Part shown: piece by piece, positions 60,451 to 64,000 of the stretch | Position numbering within the stretch: the first letter of the stretch is position 1 | Layout of the letters: each line of letters opens with the position of its first letter | Assembly (NCBI GenBank): GCA_037447605.1 | Contig: CM074806.1 | Location: 2,542,001-2,606,000 of the forward strand | Reading direction: 5' to 3' | Length of the DNA: 64,000 nt | From: Zygnema circumcarinatum SAG 698-1b | Lineage: Eukaryota; Plantae; Zygnematophyceae | Position numbers and translations under genes: made by a program | The notes under the pieces: generated by a model | The model's input: the letters and a program-made list of their open reading frames with translations, nothing else | Databases searched by the model: none | Told to the model about the DNA's origin: nothing

Positions 60451-62701
60451 ATGGCTAGCAGGAGCAGCCGTGCAGGACGATGGCTCCGTCTGGCAGGGAT
60501 GGCATGGCGTACAATGAAGCAGGAAACTGGCAGGGGGAACCTGTATGGAGTAAATGACGGAGAAACTCTGCAAATGGCAAAATGCTTTGCTCCTGATGCA
60601 GGGAGAACAATGTCGTCTGGAATTAAGTTACAAAATATGGATTATTGTTCTCGGACTGGCGTAAGGCTGCAAAGATGCACAAAAGAGAACTGGTGCACTG
60701 TGCTAGGGAGGCGAAATTTTCACTGTATGCATCATATTTTCGAATCCCACGGTGAAAAGGGAGCTAGTGCTTCAAATGTAGAAGCTAGCGCTGGCGGGAT
60801 GAGAAAGTATCTGGAGGATCTTCCTCGAAAAAGTTTCATGAATGCTTTGCTATTGCATGTGGGGTGTGTATCGACGCTTTGCTTCCCAGTTAGCTGCGAG
60901 GGAAGTGATTTCAATCATCAGAACAACTAAGGAGGGAACATGTAGCCATCCCGCAGATTTACAAAACTCAACTTAAGGGATGCTTGCGGTTGTTGTCATT
61001 GATGTACTGCTTAAAACCGTGTTGTCGTCCTTTTATAAGCAGGCCAGGTCGTTTAACGGCTATAATAGTCTGCCAATTTCCTCCATGCCCTTCTATCGGT
61101 TTGGCTTCTTTGTTTTTTTTTTTTTTTAATAAGGTCGACAATATTTCAAAGTCCAATTTTTTTGTTTTCCCCCGATCTGTGTGTACATATGTAGGAGATT
61201 TCCACGTTTCATTTTTGAAATTAGTGCTTGCATTTCAACTGGACGACTGTCCTATAACTCACTGGAGTCATTAGTTTTTTGCTGGAGTGGAGCTCCATAG
61301 CGCAAATTGTTTCTTATTGAGGCCCTCATGCAATGCTGAGAGCAAACATCGTGCTCTAAGACACCATCATCACTTGCAAACATGTATAGACTGACTTGCC
61401 CGTAACTTTCAGCCTTGATTTTGACGTTCACTTACAGAAAATATTTGACACATTCTTGAGATCAGTTTAGTTCTGTTTCCTTATCTCCTCGTCTCTTTCT
61501 TTTTCATTCTTTGTGTCTCTGTGGAAAATCCAGGCAGGATCCTCGGCTAGCTGGACAAAAGGCTTTCTTTGAGGAGGCAATTGAGAGCAAGTTCAAGGAG
61601 TGCATCACCCGTCATAAAGACCTGCTTGTAGACGACCGAGCCAATGCTCACCTCCAGGTAGTCCCGGTTAAAGTCTCCTCTCAAGTAGCACCCCATCTGA
61701 TGATCTACTAGCCAAGAAAAGGCAAGAAGCTCGAAGGATGAATCGTCTATGCTGGACTCAACCTTCGTACACGTACAGTTAAACAATGCTTTGTGCTTCA
61801 AGTCTAGACAACTTCGGGACTGTAAAAATTGGATGTGCATAAGGGGTCGACAAGGTGCTGTGCAGATGGCGGCAATGGTTGCTGCATCCTATTCTGTGCT
61901 ACTGCCATGGATGGCAAACGATTCAGCAGCGGTCATAGAGGTCGTTAAGCAACCAGCTGGTGCTGCAGCTGCTGTTTTTGTGAAGGTTGTTCAGAAAGTG
62001 GCTATTCTACTCGCATGGGATAAGATGAAATATGCGTCTAATTTGCTGCGGAAGACAGAGGCCGATTATGGAAAGGCGTTTGAATTCGAGCATCATGTCA
62101 TTCCAGAGTGAGAGTTTCTCACTTGCATATGGCTTTTGCAACCATTGGCCATAATGAGCTTATGTGCGTTTAAGTGCTTTTGTAAAAGTGATGCGCATTG
62201 CCGCATGCATTTCATCATGCATGTTGACATCGGACAGTGTTTTGCAAAGGTTGCTAATAGTGTACATACCGTTTCTGCTGTGATCATGCACAAATTAGAG
62301 ACATGATCAAATGACTCACCTTGTTGTGCACGTGGCAGGAGCCATGAAATGCGTGTGAGCCGCTGCTTGTATCATACGGTGTTTGAGAAGGAGGGCGTCC
62401 CAGAGTTAACCTCAATCTTTTGCGCATTGGACCGTATGTGGTAAGTGTTCGACCAATCTTATTTACTTTTTGTTCCTTCAAACTGCTTGCTTTCCTTCTC
62501 CTTCAGCAATCTCAGCACAAAGAGCTGCCAACAAAGAGAAATGTTTGAACGTTGTTCAGAACCGTTTTTTTTGTTTGCTTCGCTCTTTTCCACAGGTTCA
62601 GTCAAATCAATCCTAAGCAGCATGGTGTTGAATTTGAGCGTCCAGCCACTCTTGCAGACGGAGCAGCTGCCTGCAGATTCATTGTCAGAAAGGTGAGGTG
62701 A
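60451..62701 (+). CDS. Organelle-targeted L-2-amino-thiazoline-4-carboxylic acid hydrolase-like protein (PF14196-type)
   Basis: Five phase-compatible GT-AG exons (60451-60863, 61534-61657, 61866-62107, 62339-62440, 62596-62701). They give an Arg/Ser-rich presequence, then DLLVDDRANAHLQ-MAAMVAASYSVL, YGKAFEFE, RVSRCLYHTVFEKEGVPELTSIFCALDRM-WFSQINPKQHGVEFERPATLADGAAACRF. An extra terminal exon (EMTT*, near 62835) is possible. Confidence 0.8.
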
Positions 62702-63815
62702 AGAAGCCCGCATAGGTGTTGGTGGGAGACCAATTGAGCTCGGTAAGTTTTGGCGATGTTACTTGAGCCCATGTACGGGATTAGGTCCATGCCGGTGCCA
62801 ACGCATATCAAAGTCCATGCCCACACTCTGCAGGAAATGACCACGTAGCTGTCGAAATAAAGGACAAATTTACGATGTGAAGACCCGACTTTTGGTAGAA
62901 ATTGGGCGTCATCGTTAGCAGATTTTGCAGATTACAGTTTTGAAAATCTGCGAACAGCTGTCAACCGCCGGGGGGGCGTCAGTCTGCCCTACAGCAGTGA
63001 AATGTGAAGTCGATTCATTGAACCAGGGAAGCGTCTTAGGTTGGGCATGCAGCTTTCAAAGGCATGTGTTCATTGTATCATTAATGCTGCCTCTAAGGCC
63101 TGGCTCTTTCACTCTTTGCAACATTTTTATTCCAATCATGTTTTCAATAGTGAGATAAAGCCGCTGCCTTGTATCTCGATTGCCTGCTGTGAAGAAAGTA
63201 CGCCTACTTGAAGCAGACATAAGAGCCGGTTTCCTCAAACTAAGAACCGTGGATGAACTTGTGATTTGGCATCCACTTTTGGCCGTGTCTGCTACCTTCA
63301 GCGCATCGACTGATGCATCCGATGCAAAAATCTAACGGCTCAGAGCTGACCACCTCAAGCAGCGGTCATTGCGCGATTTACAGACCGGAAAAGTTGGAAG
63401 ATCAACCAGTGGGTGCAGACACGATTCTATGCAAAAAATGCTGCTCGGACGTATGCCTCTCGTTGGGATCTCCACCCGCAAGTTGCTGTGGCGTGTGCCG
63501 CAGGAGGTGGGAGAGAGCAGGAGAGGCGGTGGGTGAGACAGGAGTGGGAGAGTGGGAAAAGGAATTGAAGGCGAGGGAGAGGGAGAGAGGGCGAGGGAGA
63601 GGGAGAGAGGGCGAGGGAGAGGGAGGGCGGGAGAGAGCGGGCAAACGTGGTTGGCGGCGTTGCCCAGGAATGAAATTTAATTCCATACGTACGTACGTAC
63701 GGCACAGGCGTGCAGGATATGGGCCGTACGCATGCAGCCGCCCGGGTCGTACGGATTGGCCGACCAAGGCTGGACCTCCACGCGGAGGGCGCGGGTGAAC
63801 TGACCCTAACGCCAA

Positions 63816-63864
63816 AAACCCTAAACCCCCAAACACTCCAAAACCCTAAAGCACTAAAACCCTA
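63816..63864. promoter_or_regulatory. Cluster of three telo-boxes (AAACCCTA), probable promoter or 5' region of a gene outside the window
   Basis: AAACCCTA at 63816, 63841 and 63857, downstream of a GA-rich tract (63540-63650). Confidence 0.55.
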
Positions 63865-64000
63865 AATGCCCTTCGGGTTCCAGCACAAGCAATCAGCGCT
63901 CGCCAAGTGGTCGATTTGAAGCGTTGGAGGAGCCGCCCCTTCCTGCACTGCCTCTGATGACTTGAGAAGTTGAAACGGAATTTGTGAGCGAACAGGAGGA

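Noticed and set aside
10052-62701. A single HGT-derived cluster linking GH5, the phosphoesterase, DUF4346 and the ATC-like gene
   Set aside because: These genes are interspersed with unrelated housekeeping genes over 50 kb and share no pathway or orientation; independent origins are more parsimonious.
61547-63240. Minus-strand ORFs (61547-61840, 62093-62293, 62284-62481, 62459-62713, 62602-62844, 63056-63238)
   Set aside because: Most are antisense shadows of the plus-strand ATC-hydrolase-like exons or its 3' region, and they do not splice into a coherent protein.

Overview
Intron-rich, gene-dense eukaryotic nuclear DNA from a green plant, most likely a non-seed streptophyte such as a charophyte alga (inferred from gene content; species not determinable). 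About 13 spliced protein-coding genes were reconstructed by eye: RPL26 (partial), EAF, GEK1, a secreted bacterial-type GH5 endoglucanase, a long multidomain metallophosphoesterase, TIC100, a LOG2/LUL RING ligase, a plastid DUF4346 protein, an uncharacterised DDxxD protein, plastid ACP, an F-box/kelch protein, ORAOV1/LTO1 and an apparently truncated, frameshifted SP1. There is also an organelle-targeted ATC-hydrolase-like (PF14196-type) gene that the ORF track shows only as fragments. Intergenic DNA holds two copies of a Tc1/mariner-type MITE (one with a nested second MITE and excision-footprint-like flanks), a 1.17-kb foldback element, a decayed DNA transposon and a 69-70 bp tandem array with higher-order structure. 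No rRNA, tRNA or CRISPR was found. The most interesting items are the intron-containing bacterial-type genes (ATC-hydrolase-like, GH5_1-like, metallophosphoesterase) and the altered SP1. Coordinates and splice models were derived by hand and may be off by a few bases. Family assignments come from recalled motif similarity, not database searches.
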